From NCBI GenBank assembly GCA_038087875.1, contig JAXLNO010000372.1, positions 1 through 36,204 on the forward strand: DNA of 36,204 nt, written 5' to 3'. The position numbers and the translations under genes are program-made. This DNA comes from Malacoraja senta (lineage: Eukaryota). The notes beneath the pieces were generated by a model. It did not search any database. It saw only the letters and a list, made by a program, of their open reading frames with translations, and was not told where the DNA came from. This document shows, one piece after another, positions 35,087 through 36,204 of this stretch. Numbering within the stretch: position 1 is the first letter of the stretch; every line of letters begins with the position of its first letter.

Positions 35087-35402
35087 GGCAGCACGGTGGC
35101 ACAGCGGTAGAGTTGCTGCCTTACTGCGCTTGCAGCACCGGAGACCTGGGATCGATCCCGACTACAGGTGCTGTCTGTATGGAGTTTGTACGTTCTCCCC
35201 GTGACCTGCGTGTGTTTCCTCCAAGGACTTCTGTTTCCTCCCACACTCCAAAGCCGTGCATGTTTGTAGGTTAATTGGCTTTGGGATAAGTGTGTCCCGA
35301 GTGTGTGTATGATAGTGTTCATGTGAAGGGATCGCTGGTTGGTGCGGATCAGTGGGTCGAAGAGCCTGTTTCCGGGCTGTATCTCTAAACTAAACTAAAC
35401 TA
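35087..35402 (+). mobile_element. HE1-like SINE
   Basis: ggcagcacggtggcacagcggtagag head, gggatcgatcc B box, V-domain-like core, (ctaaa)n tail. Confidence 0.87.
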
Positions 35403-36204
35403 TGTTGTGAGACACACAATGTTCAAAGGAGACGTACAAGGAAAGTTTATTTTTTATACAGTGCAGTAAATGCCTTGAAGGAGCTACCGGGAGCAGTGGT
35501 AGAAGCAGGTACGACAGCAATGTTTAATAGGTATTTAGATGGGTACATGAGCAGATAGAGGTCTGGAGGAATGGGAACCAAGTGCAGGCACACGGAATTA
35601 GTTTCGATTGTAAACATGGTTGCTGCAGCTGAGGTGGCTTAAAAGGCTTGGACTGATACTTGGAAAGGAAAGGTGTGGAGAGGTGCAGGCCTCCTCCAGG
35701 TAACTAGGTCTAGTGTGCTGCATCATTGTCAGCTTGGGCAAGGCCTGTTCTTCTGTGCATCATTGCTGTTCCTTATCGTAACCACAGGCGCCTCTGATTT
35801 CTGTTGTAACTGTGAGGTTGCTGGTTCCTGTTGTAACTGCAGTTGTTGCTGTTCCCTGTCTGAAGCACAGTTGTCTGTACATCTTTCAATGTACTGTTGC
35901 TTTCCATGTTAAGTGCACTGGTCTTGTTGTATGTAGAGGAAGCACAGTGGGCCTAATTCTGAACGGGGAAAAATAGGCATGTCTCGGGCTTTGTTGGGGT
36001 ATTACGTATTTGGCTTCAAAACAGGGGATCCAAAATGCAAACCAGTATGATATAAAGTCCTACAAAATATCAAGGAATTGGTGAAGAAAATTGGTGAATA
36101 AAATATCCTAGAGAAACCATTCTGAATGAAAGGAAACGAATGTCTGGGGTGTGAGGGTGCTGGAAGAGCTCTTCAAATCTCCCTCCATCATAGAATATGC
36201 CCAG

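Larger units (their letters stand above)
31790..35650 (+). mobile_element. Old CR1 ORF2 remnant in pieces (31790-32035, 33230-33695, 34570-34630, 34750-34995, 35405-35650)
   Basis: Collinear remnants: EDWRITNV..KPGNCRAVSLTSVVG, SQHGF, SGVPQGSVLG, LFAD, LVRPHLE, VQKRFTR. Confidence 0.7.

Noticed and set aside
35673..35975. Cys-rich + ORF, and a minus-strand acceptor-like tttttccccgttcag near 35960 followed by a Gln-rich frame
   Set aside because: All three frames after the acceptor stop within ~25 codons; faint resemblance to a decayed Gypsy integrase C-terminal tail, too weak to call.
35975..36204. Possible coding or TE fragment at the window end
   Set aside because: Stops in the frames examined and no recognisable motif; truncated by the window edge.

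Overview
Vertebrate intronic or intergenic DNA, almost certainly from a cartilaginous fish (skate/ray-like, judged from HE1-type V-SINEs, CR1 LINEs and Penelope-like repeats). No host protein-coding exon can be supported; nearly all track ORFs are transposon-derived or low-complexity. The window is a deeply nested transposon mosaic. It holds a frameshifted RTE-X-like LINE (1-3510), a young 5'-truncated CR1 whose ORF2 frame is broken by only two stops (8768-12190, minus), and older CR1, Rex1/Babar and L1 fragments. It also holds many Neptune-type Penelope-like (GIY-YIG) fragments whose terminal repeats carry minimal hammerhead-ribozyme cores, five tRNA-derived SINEs, four related PIF/Harbinger-type MITEs and a 1.5 kb non-autonomous Helitron. 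The most notable signals are (i) a correctly phased U_UUA_AAC -1 slippery heptamer at the ORF1/ORF2 junction of two divergent CR1 copies, suggesting programmed ribosomal frameshifting, and (ii) about a dozen dispersed hammerhead motifs, plus a 66-bp tandem array built from the cleavage-site half of the same repeat. Family assignments come from motif recognition only; no database search was run. Boundaries of degenerate fragments are approximate.
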